DNA of 64,000 nt, taken from contig CAVQPE010000008.1 of assembly GCA_963714665.1 (NCBI GenBank), positions 776,848 to 840,847 on the forward strand, given 5' to 3'. Numbering within the stretch: position 1 is the first letter of the stretch; each line of letters begins with the position of its first letter. The DNA comes from an uncultured Solirubrobacterales bacterium (GTDB lineage: Bacteria > Actinomycetota > Thermoleophilia > Solirubrobacterales > 70-9). Below, piece by piece: positions 53,571 to 62,887 of this stretch. A program made the translations under genes and the position numbers. A model generated the notes under the pieces. The model was not told the DNA's origin. It did not search any database and worked only from the letters and a program-made list of their open reading frames with translations.

Positions 53571-53905
53571 TGGCTAGAGGCGGTGCACCCGGTGGCTTCG
53601 ACGTGAATGCGCTGATGAAGCAAGCGCAGCAGATGCAGAACGAGATGCTGCAGGCGCAGGAGGCGCTCAAGGACGAGGTGGTCGAGGCCAGCGCCGGCGG
53701 CGGCATGGTCAAGGTGAAGATGGGCGGCGACCTGACCCTGCGCGAGCTCGTTATCGATCCCGAGGCGATCGACCCCGAGGACGCCGAGATGCTCGCCGAG
53801 ATGGTGCAGGCGGCCGTCAACGAGGGGCTGCGCGCCGCCCAGGAGCTGGCCAACTCGAAGCTGGGCGGGATCACGGGAGGCCTCGGCGGCCTCCCCGGAA
53901 TGTGA
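53570..53905 (+). CDS. ybaB: YbaB/EbfC-family nucleoid-associated protein
   Basis: LMKQAQQMQNEMLQAQEALKDEVVEASAGGGMVKVKMGGDLTLRELVIDPEAIDPEDAEMLAEMVQAAVNEG is present. The gene sits in the dnaX-ybaB-recR order. Confidence 0.9.
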   Translation: MARGGAPGGFDVNALMKQAQQMQNEMLQAQEALKDEVVEASAGGGMVKVKMGGDLTLRELVIDPEAIDPEDAEMLAEMVQAAVNEGLRAAQELANSKLGGITGGLGGLPGM

Positions 53906-54504
53906 GCACCGAGGGCCCGGCACCGCTCGCCCGCCTCGTCGCGGAGCTCTCGCGGCTGCCGGGGATCGGCCAGCGCACGGCGCAACGCCTCGCCTTCCAC
54001 ATCCTGCGGGCGCCGGACGAAGAGGCGGCGGCGCTCTCGGCGGCGATCGTCGAGGTGAAGGAGAAGGTCGGCCTCTGCGAGGAGTGCTTCAACCTCTCCG
54101 AGGGGCCGCGCTGCCGCATCTGCTTGGACCCCAACCGCGACCGTACGACGATCTGCGTGGTCGAGGAGCCAGCCGACGTGATCCCGATCGAGCGCACGCA
54201 CGAGTACCGCGGCCTCTACCACGTGCTCGGCGGTGCCCTCTCGCCGATCGACGGCGTCGACGCCGAGGACCTGAAGATCGCCGAGCTGCTGTGCCGGGTC
54301 GAGGCCGGCGAGGTGCGCGAGGTCGTCCTCGCCACCAACCCGACCACAACCGGTGAGGCAACCGCGCTGCACATCGCCGAGCGCCTGCGCGGCCAGGTCG
54401 CGGTGACCCGCCTCGCCAGCGGCCTTCCGGTCGGCGCCGATCTCGAGCACGCCGACGAGGTCACCCTGGGCAAGGCCTTCGCCGGCCGCCGCAGCCTCGA
54501 TTAG
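53902..54504 (+). CDS. recR: Recombination protein RecR
   Basis: LSRLPGIGQRTAQRLAFHIL (HhH), the Cys4 motif CEECFNLSEGPRCRIC, and the Toprim segment ICVVEEPADVIPIERTHEYRGLYHVLGGALSP are present. Confidence 0.9.
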   Translation: MSTEGPAPLARLVAELSRLPGIGQRTAQRLAFHILRAPDEEAAALSAAIVEVKEKVGLCEECFNLSEGPRCRICLDPNRDRTTICVVEEPADVIPIERTHEYRGLYHVLGGALSPIDGVDAEDLKIAELLCRVEAGEVREVVLATNPTTTGEATALHIAERLRGQVAVTRLASGLPVGADLEHADEVTLGKAFAGRRSLD

Positions 54505-54599
54505 CCGCTCCGGGCGGACAAGATTCCTAGACGTTTGTCGTTTCGCAAATAGCGGGCTTTTGCCGTCCTGGTGTCCGTCGCTTTCGACAAGGTCTTTTC

Positions 54600-55310
54600 G
54601 TGGCGACTCGAATCTCAACCGGTGACGGCGCGGACAGGTCGCCGGCGGGCCAGGTCGCCCGCGACGTCTCCGCCCTGCAGGCGGCGCTATTGGCAAAGCT
54701 GCGCGAGGAGATCGGCGATGACGCCGGGCCCTTCGCCGATGCGGCGGAGAAGCTCGCCGAGGAGTTCGGCTCGGTTACGGCCACGGCGGTCACCGCCGTC
54801 TGCGAGCGGCCCGGGAGCGAGCCGGCGCCGGAAGCGCACGCAAGCCTCTTTCAGCCCGGCCACATGCGCCGGCGCCTCGAGCAGCTGATCGAGACGAACA
54901 AGCGCTACGGGCACCCCTTCGGCCTGGTCGTCTTCGACGTCGATGGGCCGGGGACGCGCGAGGGCTCCGGCGGCGACGGCCAGGAGACGATGCTGGCGGT
55001 GGTCGGGGCGGCGCTCCGCGACAGCGTCCGCCTCGTCGACGAGACCTTCCGGCTCGAGGAGGACGCGCTCTGTGTGCTGGCGCCGAACCTGAGCACGGTC
55101 GAGGGCGTGCAGATGGCCGAGCGGCTGCTGCGGCTGCTTGACGAGCTGGAGGCCGCGGGGGGCCTGCGGATTGCGATCTCAGCCGGCGTCGTCGCCTGCC
55201 CCGAGCACGGCAACGATGCCGATGAGCTGCTCAGGAAGGCCGACGAGGCGATGTGGCGGGCCCGCGCCGTGGGCCAGCCCGTGGGCGTCGGCGCTTTGCA
55301 AGATCGCTGA
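54600..55310 (+). CDS. GGDEF-domain protein with a degenerate active-site motif
   Basis: RYGHPFGLVVFDVDG...LRDSVRLVDETFRLEEDALCVLAP...ISAGVVACPEHGNDADELLRKADEAMWRAR follows the GGDEF fold order. However, RLEEDA occupies the GG(D/E)EF position. Confidence 0.65.
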   Translation: MATRISTGDGADRSPAGQVARDVSALQAALLAKLREEIGDDAGPFADAAEKLAEEFGSVTATAVTAVCERPGSEPAPEAHASLFQPGHMRRRLEQLIETNKRYGHPFGLVVFDVDGPGTREGSGGDGQETMLAVVGAALRDSVRLVDETFRLEEDALCVLAPNLSTVEGVQMAERLLRLLDELEAAGGLRIAISAGVVACPEHGNDADELLRKADEAMWRARAVGQPVGVGALQDR

Positions 55311-55412
55311 CAGATTCCGGAAATCTGTCCATAACTTGCGTAAACCTGGATTTCGAGTGGGAGAATGCTGCACCGCGGCGAACAGCGCTGCGCAGTCCAC
55401 CAAACCGATCCG

Positions 55413-56252
55413 ATGCCGGGAATACGAACAAACGCCGCCGCCGAAGTGCTTGGGGTAAGCCCCAACACCTTGCGCAGCTGGGAGCGCCGCTACGGCTACC
55501 CGGTGCCGAAGCGCACGGTGGGCAACCACCGCAACTACGAGCTGGTCGAGCTGCAGACCCTGCGCGACGCTCTCGCCCAGACCGGCAACATCTCCTCGGC
55601 GATCGAGCTCGCCCGCCAGCGCCAGGCGGCGCCGGCCAGTGACGGCAGCCTGCTCGTGGCGCTGGAGAGCTTCGACGAGGAGGCCGCCAATCGCGCCGTT
55701 GAGGAGAGCCTGGCCCTGCGTCCGCTGGAGCGCACGGTCGAGGAGCTGTTGCTCCCGGCAGTCGACCGCCTCGCCACCGACCCCGATCGCGAGGCCGAGC
55801 TCGAGTTCGCCTCGCGCTGGGCGACCGGTTGGCTGCACGGCGCCCGCCGCCTCGCCTCCGCTGCCTCCCGCCCCGCCGGGATCCTGCTGCTCGACTCCAG
55901 CCAGGGCTCCGACGCCGAGGCGGTCCACGCGCAGGCGCTCGACCTCACCCTGCGCCGCGCCGGCTTCCGCGTCCTGATGCTCTCCAACGAGCTCGGCGAC
56001 GAGCGCCTCGAGCGCGCCCTGCGCGCCCTGGACCCGACCGCGATCGTCCTCTGCGGCCCCGGCGCCGACACCGCGAGCGCCGTCAAGCTGGTCCGCAAGA
56101 TCCGCGAGGTCGGCTTCGACGCTCCCCTCTTCGGCTTCCGCGCCAGCGGCCTGATCGGCGACGCGGTCCCCTCCGCCGGGACCACCCCGAGCGAGGTGAC
56201 GGGAATGCTCAACGCGGACCTGCGCCGCCGCGCCGTCCAGGCCTTCGCCTAG
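55413..56252 (+). CDS. MerR-family transcriptional regulator with a C-terminal Rossmann-like domain
   Basis: IRTNAAAEVLGVSPNTLRSWERRYGYPVPKRTVGNHRNYELVELQTLRDAL is a MerR HTH. The C-terminal ILLLDSSQGSDAEAVHAQALDLTLRRAGFRVLMLSNE...AIVLCGPG resembles a B12-binding-like fold, but no clear DxHxxG or ExHxxG motif is present. Confidence 0.65.
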   Translation: MPGIRTNAAAEVLGVSPNTLRSWERRYGYPVPKRTVGNHRNYELVELQTLRDALAQTGNISSAIELARQRQAAPASDGSLLVALESFDEEAANRAVEESLALRPLERTVEELLLPAVDRLATDPDREAELEFASRWATGWLHGARRLASAASRPAGILLLDSSQGSDAEAVHAQALDLTLRRAGFRVLMLSNELGDERLERALRALDPTAIVLCGPGADTASAVKLVRKIREVGFDAPLFGFRASGLIGDAVPSAGTTPSEVTGMLNADLRRRAVQAFA

Positions 56253-56304
56253 CAGTTTGACGTAAAATCCGTCAGTAACTAATGGATTTGTCATCATCTA
56301 GCCA

Positions 56305-57540
56305 ATGATTGAGCGCTACGCTCGGCAACTGATCCTCGATGCCGCCGCCGACTCGCGCGTCGTGATGGTCGTCGGTCCACGTCAGGCTGGGAAGACGACG
56401 TTGGTGAGGGATCTCGCGGGAGGGGCGTTGCCGATGTCCTACGTCACCCTCGACGAAGCCGGCGCTCGGCGAGCTGCGTCAGAGGATCCGGTCGGGTTCG
56501 TCGCCGGACTCGACCGCCCGGTTGCGATCGACGAGGTCCAGCGTGCTCCGGAGCTCCTGCTCGAGATCAAGCGGGTCGTCGACGCCGATCCGCGGCCGGG
56601 GCAATTCCTGCTGACGGGATCGGCCAGGGTCCTCTCTCTGCCGCGGGTTGCCGACGCCCTTGTCGGACGGGTGGAGACGATTACGCTATGGCCGCTATCG
56701 CAGGCCGAGATCGAAGGCTCGCGGGGGAACCTCGTCGACGCGCTCTTTGCCGGCAAGCCCCCCTCGATCTCCGGAGCCCCGGTTGGGCGCGACGCTTGGC
56801 TGGGGCGGGCGCTGGCGGGAGGAATGCCGGAGGCCCGGGAGAGGCCGGAGGGTCACCGGCGCGACGCCTGGTTTGCGTCCTATCTGGAGACGCTGGTTGA
56901 GCGGGATGTTCGCGATCTTGCCGACATCCGTGCCCTCGACGAGGTTCCCGCTCTGTTGACGCTCGTCGCTTCCAGAAGCACCGCTCCACTCAACGTCGCG
57001 GCCCTCTCCGGGGAGTTGCGGATCTCGGAAGCATCGGTGCGTCGATACCTTGCCCTGCTGGATGCCGTATTCGCCCTGCTGCGGGTTCCGGCTTGGCGTC
57101 GCAACCTGGGGCGGAGGGCAACCGCCGCGCCCAAGTACCAACTTGTCGACGCCGGCCTCGCTGCCCATCTGCTCAGCCTTGACCGTCATCGGCTGGAGAG
57201 CGACAAAGCTCTTGCCGGCGGCTTGCTCGAGACCTTCGTGAGGATGGAGCTCGTCAAGCTGGCTGCCTCGAGTGGCGCTCGGCCGAACACCTTCCATTTC
57301 CGAACCCGCGGGGGGAGCCTCGAGGTTGACGCGGTGATGGAGCGCCGGGGGGGTCAACTCGTCGGGCTTGAGATCAAGGCCTCGGCCACACCGTCCAAGG
57401 GCGACTTCCGGGGTCTGGAAGAGCTGCGCGACAACCGGGGAGACGATTTTGCCGCGGGCATCGTCGTCCATTCCGGCGAGCAGACGCTGCCGTTCGGCGA
57501 CCGGATGTGGGCTGTCCCGGTCTCGTCGCTCTGGAGCTAA
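56305..57540 (+). CDS. AAA-family ATPase with DUF4143-like C-terminal domain
   Basis: VVMVVGPRQAGKTTLVRDL is a Walker A motif. The length of 411 aa and the tail LEVDAVMERRGGQLVGLEIKASATPSKGDFRGL (PD-(D/E)xK-like E-x-K) are typical of this widespread family. Confidence 0.7.
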   Translation: MIERYARQLILDAAADSRVVMVVGPRQAGKTTLVRDLAGGALPMSYVTLDEAGARRAASEDPVGFVAGLDRPVAIDEVQRAPELLLEIKRVVDADPRPGQFLLTGSARVLSLPRVADALVGRVETITLWPLSQAEIEGSRGNLVDALFAGKPPSISGAPVGRDAWLGRALAGGMPEARERPEGHRRDAWFASYLETLVERDVRDLADIRALDEVPALLTLVASRSTAPLNVAALSGELRISEASVRRYLALLDAVFALLRVPAWRRNLGRRATAAPKYQLVDAGLAAHLLSLDRHRLESDKALAGGLLETFVRMELVKLAASSGARPNTFHFRTRGGSLEVDAVMERRGGQLVGLEIKASATPSKGDFRGLEELRDNRGDDFAAGIVVHSGEQTLPFGDRMWAVPVSSLWS

Positions 57541-57581
57541 AAAAGCCCGGCCCGGACCCCCTTGCGGAGCCCGAGCCGGGC
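57539..57581 (-). terminator. Rho-independent terminator for pstS (also closes the + strand ATPase gene)
   Basis: The minus strand reads GCCCGGCTCGG-GCTCCGCAAGGGGGT-CCGGGCCGGGC followed by TTTTTT. Confidence 0.65.
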
Positions 57582-57621
57582 GGGTGACTGACTGGCGCCT
57601 CCCAGCGCGCTTGCTGCTTCC

Positions 57622-58645
57622 TTAGAGTCCTGCGAGGGTGCGTTTACCCGCGCTGAGGACCACTTTCGGCAGCGGCGCGAAGTCGAGCGCCGGGCCGTAC
57701 TTCTGACCGATGGTCATCGCGTAGAGGATGAATTCGGAGAGCTGGGTCTTCTGCGGGGCTCCGTGGGGAGCGATGCAGTAGGTGAACGTCGAGATCGGGT
57801 ACGCCGTTTTGAATTTCTTCGGCGGATCCACGATGTGGAGTTCGTTGCTGCTCGGTACTTTCTTGACCATCTGTGCCGCGTTTTCGATGTTTTTCAGGTT
57901 CGGGAAGCTCGAAGTTCCCGGCCTCGTTCTGGATCGAAGCGGCACGCATGCCGGCGGCGATGATGTAAGAGGCGGAGATGTAGCCGATCGCACCGTTGGT
58001 CGTCTGCACGACCGAGGTGACGCCCGAGTTGCCTTTGGCGCCGACACCGGCGGGGAAGCTGACCGAGGTGGCGAAGCCGCGTTCGCTCTTCCAGGCCTTG
58101 CTGACCTTGGAGAGGTAGTTGCTGAACGCGTAGGTGTCACCGGAGCCGTCGCTGCGGAAGACCGGTGTGATCGTCGTCCCGGGCAGTTTCGTCCCTGGGT
58201 TCAGCCTCTTGATCTTCGGGTCGTTCCACTTCGTGATCTTGCCGAAGTAGATGCCGGAGATGACCGGCCCCGAGAGGCGCAGTTTTTTCACGCCCTTGAT
58301 GTTGAAGGCGAGGCCAGTTGCTGTCAGGCCCCAGGGAATCTGCACGCAGCCGTTGCAGGCGGATGCCTGCGCGGGCGTGAGTGGTGCGTCGGAGGCACCG
58401 AAGTCGACGGTTCGGGCAGTGATCTGGGCGATGCCCGTTCCCGAGCCGACCGAGGCATATGTGACTTTGACGGTGCCGTTCATGCGGGCTTCGAAGCCGT
58501 TGATCCAGTTACCCATCAACGGTGCCACCAGCGAGGAACCGGCACCGGTGATGGTGGCGGACGCGGTGGCCGTGGAGATCGTTGCCATGCAACCAACCAT
58601 CCCAACCGCCGCCATGGAGATTCCTAGCAACCTGTTGCGAATCAA
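57622..58645 (-). pseudogene. pstS: Phosphate ABC transporter substrate-binding protein PstS, frame break near 57920
   Basis: A TTG start and signal peptide are followed by ITGAGSSLVAPLMGNWINGF, VTYASVGSGTGIAQI, DFGASDAPL, VFRSDGSGDTYAFSNYLS and GAIGYISASY. The C-terminal part NLKNIENAAQMVKKVP...YPISTFTYCIAP is in ORF 57622-58140. Confidence 0.8.
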
Positions 58646-58739
58646 GAGATTGAGTCCTTTCGGCTCGTTATTTCGTCTTGCGCCAGTCCTGACTGGATAC
58701 CCCTGGCGGTGCCAGGATCGCCGTCGCCCTGCCGGTTGG

Positions 58740-58845
58740 TGTTTCAATTCTGTGAAAGGTCATTTGTAAAAAAGATGTAACAGTGACAACAGAGTTGTGA
58801 CAGAGTTGTTAACGGTAAAAAGGCAGTTGTTTCAATTCTGTGAAA
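58740..58845. promoter_or_regulatory. Divergent pstS / pstCAB control region with exact 18-bp direct repeats and tandem 11-bp repeats (PHO-box-like)
   Basis: TGTTTCAATTCTGTGAAA occurs at 58740-58757 and again at 58828-58845, exactly 88 bp apart. Between the two copies lie ACAGAGTTGTG (58789-58799) and ACAGAGTTGTT (58800-58810) in tandem. The region is AT-rich. Confidence 0.5.
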
Positions 58846-58895
58846 ATCGGCCGAGGCAGGTGTAATCGACGCCAATCTCCTCTACCCTGCCCGCC

Positions 58896-59894
58896 GTGAG
58901 CACCGCCGCCAGCCCAGCCTCGGGCACCGCCCAACCCCCCGCCAGTAGCCGTTCCGCGGACCGCAGGCGCTCACTCGACCGGTTTGGCGACGGTGCTCTG
59001 TACGCCGTTTGCGCTCTCGCGGCGCTTGTCGCCGTCGCCGCGCTGGTTGGTCTCGTTTACATGATCGTTCACGGCGCCAGCCCGGCGATCTCCAAGTTTG
59101 GCCTGGGCTTCGTCACCAGCACCGAATGGCAGCCAACCTTCGAAGTCTTCGGCGCGGGGACCGTTCTCTTCGGAACCCTGGTCAGCTCGTTCTTCGCGCT
59201 TCTGCTCGGCGCGCCGATCGCGATCTCGATCGGCCTCTACCTGAGCCTGCTCGCTCCCAGGGGCCTGCGCACGGTGATCTCGCCGCTGGTCGAAATGCTG
59301 GCGGCGATCCCAAGCGTGATCCTCGGCTTCTGGGGCCTGATCGTGCTGGCCCCCTTCGTGCAGAAGAACGTCGAGCCCTGGCTGCACGACAAGCTCGGCT
59401 TCATTCCCATCTTTGGGCCGCCGCAGACGACTGGCCTGAGCGTCTTCACGGCCAGCCTGATCCTGACGATCATGGTCATCCCGATCATCGCCTCGATCTC
59501 ACGCGACCTCTTCCTTTCCGTTCCACGCGATGTCCAGGACGGGGCAAGCGCGCTTGGCGCCACTCGCTGGGAGGTTGTGCGCGGCGTCGTCCTGCCGAGT
59601 ACCGCCTCGGGTGTGGTAGCCGCATCGTTGCTCGGCCTCGGGCGCGCCCTGGGCGAGGCGATCGCGGTGGCGCTGGTGATCGGCGCCGGCACCGAAATCA
59701 AGACTTCGCTGTTCGAAACCGGTGACACCATGGCCGCCCGTATCGCCAACCAGTTCCCGGGGGCGATCACCGAGATGCACAAAGCCTCGCTCTTCTACCT
59801 GGGCGTGATCCTGCTGGTGATCGGGTTGGTCGCCAACATCACCGCTCAGTGGATTGGCAGGCGCTTCGACTACCAGCGGGCGATGGCCAGGTGA
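58896..59894 (+). CDS. pstC: Phosphate ABC transporter permease PstC
   Basis: [26 protein letters not shown]...[12 protein letters not shown]...[22 protein letters not shown] contains the EAA-like loop. It starts with GTG. Confidence 0.9.
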   Translation: MSTAASPASGTAQPPASSRSADRRRSLDRFGDGALYAVCALAALVAVAALVGLVYMIVHGASPAISKFGLGFVTSTEWQPTFEVFGAGTVLFGTLVSSFFALLLGAPIAISIGLYLSLLAPRGLRTVISPLVEMLAAIPSVILGFWGLIVLAPFVQKNVEPWLHDKLGFIPIFGPPQTTGLSVFTASLILTIMVIPIIASISRDLFLSVPRDVQDGASALGATRWEVVRGVVLPSTASGVVAASLLGLGRALGEAIAVALVIGAGTEIKTSLFETGDTMAARIANQFPGAITEMHKASLFYLGVILLVIGLVANITAQWIGRRFDYQRAMAR

Positions 59895-60772
59895 GCGACG
59901 CGACGTTCGATCCGGCGGCCCCGCTGACCCCCACCGGCAACCTGCGCCGGCGACGGGTCTTCAGCCGCTTCGCCGAGTACGGCGCGACCGCCGCGGCGCT
60001 GGCTGCGGTCGGTGTCCTCGGGGTCGTCGTCTTCGCGGTCATTGTCCATGGCGCGAGCGCGCTCAGCCTCGACTTCCTGCTCAAGGGCTCGCCGGTCGGG
60101 ATCGGCCCGGCGCTCCTCGGCACCGCCGAGATCGTCGCGATCGCGACGCTGATCGCGGCGCCGGTCGGGATTCTCGTTGCCCTCTACCTGACCGAGTTCG
60201 GCATGGGTCGCTTGACGGGCTGGATCAAACTGGCCCTCGACCTGATGAACGGGTTGCCTTCGATCATCATCGGGCTCTTCGTCTACATCCTGATCGTCGA
60301 AGGCGTCACCCACAAACAGTCGGGCTTTGCCGCCTCCGTTGCCCTGGCGATCATCATGCTGCCGATAGTCGCCCGCGGCACGATGGAGATCCTGCTTCTG
60401 GTGCCCAACAGCCTGCGCGAAGCGGCGGATGCGCTCGGGGTCAGCCGCTGGCGCACGGTGCTCGGCGTGATCCTGCCCAGCGCGGCCGGAGGCATCCTCA
60501 CCTCGACCGTGCTCTCCGTCGCCCGCGCCGCCGGAGAGACTGCGCCGCTGCTGCTCGTCTCTTCCAACAACATCGGCACCAATGTGACGCTCAACCCGTT
60601 CGAAGCCCTGCCGAACATCCCGACGACGATCTTCAGGCTCTCGGAAGAACCGAGTCCCGAAGGCCTCGCCCAGGCTTGGGGGGCCGGGCTTGTGCTGCTC
60701 ACCTTCATCATGGTCACGAGCATCGGCGCCCGCATCCTCCTTGCTCGCACCCGTTCGAAGATGGCGCAATGA
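59891..60772 (+). CDS. pstA: Phosphate ABC transporter permease PstA
   Basis: The GTG start overlaps the pstC stop. [34 protein letters not shown] and [24 protein letters not shown] are present. Confidence 0.9.
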   Translation: MSDATFDPAAPLTPTGNLRRRRVFSRFAEYGATAAALAAVGVLGVVVFAVIVHGASALSLDFLLKGSPVGIGPALLGTAEIVAIATLIAAPVGILVALYLTEFGMGRLTGWIKLALDLMNGLPSIIIGLFVYILIVEGVTHKQSGFAASVALAIIMLPIVARGTMEILLLVPNSLREAADALGVSRWRTVLGVILPSAAGGILTSTVLSVARAAGETAPLLLVSSNNIGTNVTLNPFEALPNIPTTIFRLSEEPSPEGLAQAWGAGLVLLTFIMVTSIGARILLARTRSKMAQ

Positions 60773-61656
60773 GCAATCTCGACTTCAGTCAGGCATTCGC
60801 CGCGACCTCGCACCGGGTCCGGATCCAGACCGGTCCCTTGTCCGATGCCGGCCCCTCGGGCGGCAAGCTCTGGGAGGGACCGATCGAGGCGGTCTTCGAC
60901 GCCCAGGGCGTCTCCGTCTTCTACGGCGCCAAGCAGGCGCTGCACGGGGTCAACCTGCGCATCGAGCGCAGCCGGATCACCGCCTTGATCGGCCCATCGG
61001 GCTGCGGCAAGTCGACCTTCCTGCGCAGCCTCAACCGGATGAACGACCCGGTGCCGGGGTTCAGGCTCGAGGGCCAGGTCCTCTACCACGGCCACGACCT
61101 CTACGCGAGCAACGTCGACGAGGTCGAGGTGCGCCGCCGGATCGGCATGGTCTTCCAGAAGCCCAACCCGTTCCCGAAGTCGATCTACGACAACGTCGCC
61201 TGGGCCCCGCGCAACCTCGGCCTCAAGCACGGCCTCGACGAGCGGGTCGAGAAAGCGTTGCGGGGAGCGGCGCTCTGGGACGAGGTCAAGGACCGCCTCA
61301 AGGACGGTGCCCTCGGCCTCTCCGGTGGCCAGCAGCAGCGGCTCTGCATCGCTCGCGCGATCGCGATCGAGCCCGACGTTCTGCTGCTCGACGAGCCGGC
61401 GTCGGCGCTGGACCCGATCGCGACAGCCTCGATCGAGGACCTGATGCACAGCCTCAAGGGTCGCTTCACGATCGTGATCGTCACCCACAACATGCAGCAG
61501 GCGGCGCGGGTCGCCGACCGCACCGCCTTCTTCGGCCTCGAGGCAACCACCGGAGAACCCTCCGGGACGCTGATCGAGTGCGCCGACACCGAGACGATCT
61601 TCAACGCCCCGGCCGACCCGCGCACCCGCGACTACGTCACGGGCCGTTTCGGCTAG
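60769..61656 (+). CDS. pstB: Phosphate ABC transporter ATP-binding protein PstB
   Basis: [75 protein letters not shown] and DYVTGRFG are present. Confidence 0.95.
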   Translation: MSNLDFSQAFAATSHRVRIQTGPLSDAGPSGGKLWEGPIEAVFDAQGVSVFYGAKQALHGVNLRIERSRITALIGPSGCGKSTFLRSLNRMNDPVPGFRLEGQVLYHGHDLYASNVDEVEVRRRIGMVFQKPNPFPKSIYDNVAWAPRNLGLKHGLDERVEKALRGAALWDEVKDRLKDGALGLSGGQQQRLCIARAIAIEPDVLLLDEPASALDPIATASIEDLMHSLKGRFTIVIVTHNMQQAARVADRTAFFGLEATTGEPSGTLIECADTETIFNAPADPRTRDYVTGRFG

Positions 61657-61676
61657 CGGGCGAGCTGCGGTCGCGG

Positions 61677-62084
61677 TCAGCGACGCAGGATCGCGTCGCT
61701 GGGAACCTGCTGGAGCAGCGGCTGGCCGCACTGCCAGCAGAAGGTGGCGCCGGTGCTGTGGGGCGCTCCGCAGGAGGTGCATGTGCCGGCCGTGCCGGTC
61801 TGCTCCATGCGCACGATCCGTTCGACCTCGCTCAGCTCGGCGTCGGCATCCTGGAGCGCGACGGCGCGTTTGACCAGCACCTCGACCTCGATCCGGTTGC
61901 GGACGGCCATCTCGTAGACGAGCCCGCCCAGGTCCCACTGCAGCTCGGCGACCTTGGCGACGAGCTGGTCACGACGCCGTTCGAGGTCGACGATCAGGTT
62001 CTGGTCGTGGGTTGCGAGCGTCGTCGCCGGGGCCGCGCCGTTTGCGGGGCTGGGCTTCGCTCTGCCTGGTCGAGGGAGTCTCAT
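61677..62084 (-). CDS. Coiled-coil protein with C-terminal zinc-ribbon
   Basis: LIVDLERRRDQLVAKVAELQWDLGGLVYEMAVRNRIEVEVLVKRAVALQDADAELSEVERI is followed by CTSCGAPHSTGATFCWQCG. The ATG overlaps the upstream stop (ATGA). Confidence 0.55.
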   Translation of the reverse strand: MRLPRPGRAKPSPANGAAPATTLATHDQNLIVDLERRRDQLVAKVAELQWDLGGLVYEMAVRNRIEVEVLVKRAVALQDADAELSEVERIVRMEQTGTAGTCTSCGAPHSTGATFCWQCGQPLLQQVPSDAILRR

Positions 62085-62720
62085 TCGAAGTAGTTGCCGG
62101 TGAATTCGCCGTTTTCGCACCCCGCGGTGCCGCTTTCGCACTTTCCGCCCACTTCGACTTTCGCCGGGGGAAGTTTGACGCCAGCGGCCGGCTTGAGGAC
62201 GGATTCGGCTCCCGCTTGCGATTCGGCCTCCTTCTTGAGCGCCTTTGGCTTCGCTTTCTTGGAGCTGCCGCCGATGGTGCCGCCCTTCGTGCCTGCGTTC
62301 GAGGCGGTTCGCGCTTTCTTCCCCGCCACCTTTGATCACGATCGGAGCGGCCTGGGGCGCGCTGGCAATGGAGTGGTTGCCCGAGCGCCCGATCAGGACG
62401 CCGACGCCCATCGCCAGCAGCAGCACCCCGATCGTCGCGAACAGGGCCATGTTCGAGGAGACCCGGCGCTGGGGGCGCTGGGGCGGGGGAGCCGACGCAT
62501 CGCGCGGCTGCTTCATCGAGTCCATGAAGGTGACCGCGTCCATGATCGGCAGGCGAGGCTCACCGCAACGGGCGCCGCAGGTCAGGCAGTAGCGCTGGTC
62601 GGGGGCGACGTGGGTGTGGCAGGACGGGCACTGCTCGCCGGGAGGTGCGACGAGCGAAGGGGTGGGCGGCGGCTCGGGCGGAGGCGAGGGTGCAGCGTTC
62701 AGGGCGTTGTTCGGGTCCAT
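62081..62720 (-). pseudogene. Zinc-ribbon / single-TM protein with Lys-rich ectodomain, frame break near 62330
   Basis: CPSCHTHVAPDQRYCLTCG and the TM ALFATIGVLLLAMGVGVLIG are in one frame. The C-terminal part AGKKARTASNAGTKGG...GGKCESGTAGCENGEFTGNYFE is in ORF 62081-62329. Confidence 0.5.
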
Positions 62721-62887
62721 GTGTGGTGCGAAGTGGCGACGCGACGCGGGGCAGGGTGAGTCCACCGCAAGCCACACACATGGTCATAGTCAGTCGGCTC
62801 GCAGATGTTGCAGTCTTGTGAACCGAACCCCGCGCTTTCACAGCTAAGTCACATCTGGCGCATCGGATGGGGTGAAACTCTCCGACA

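Noticed and set aside
55413-56252. A CarH/LitR-type B12-dependent photoregulator.
   Set aside because: The MerR HTH plus Rossmann-like C-domain is suggestive, but the cobalamin-binding His motif (E/DxHxxG) is not evident. It is left as a generic MerR-family regulator.
60283-61938. A 551-aa minus-strand ORF.
   Set aside because: It is antisense to pstA and pstB, which are unambiguous.
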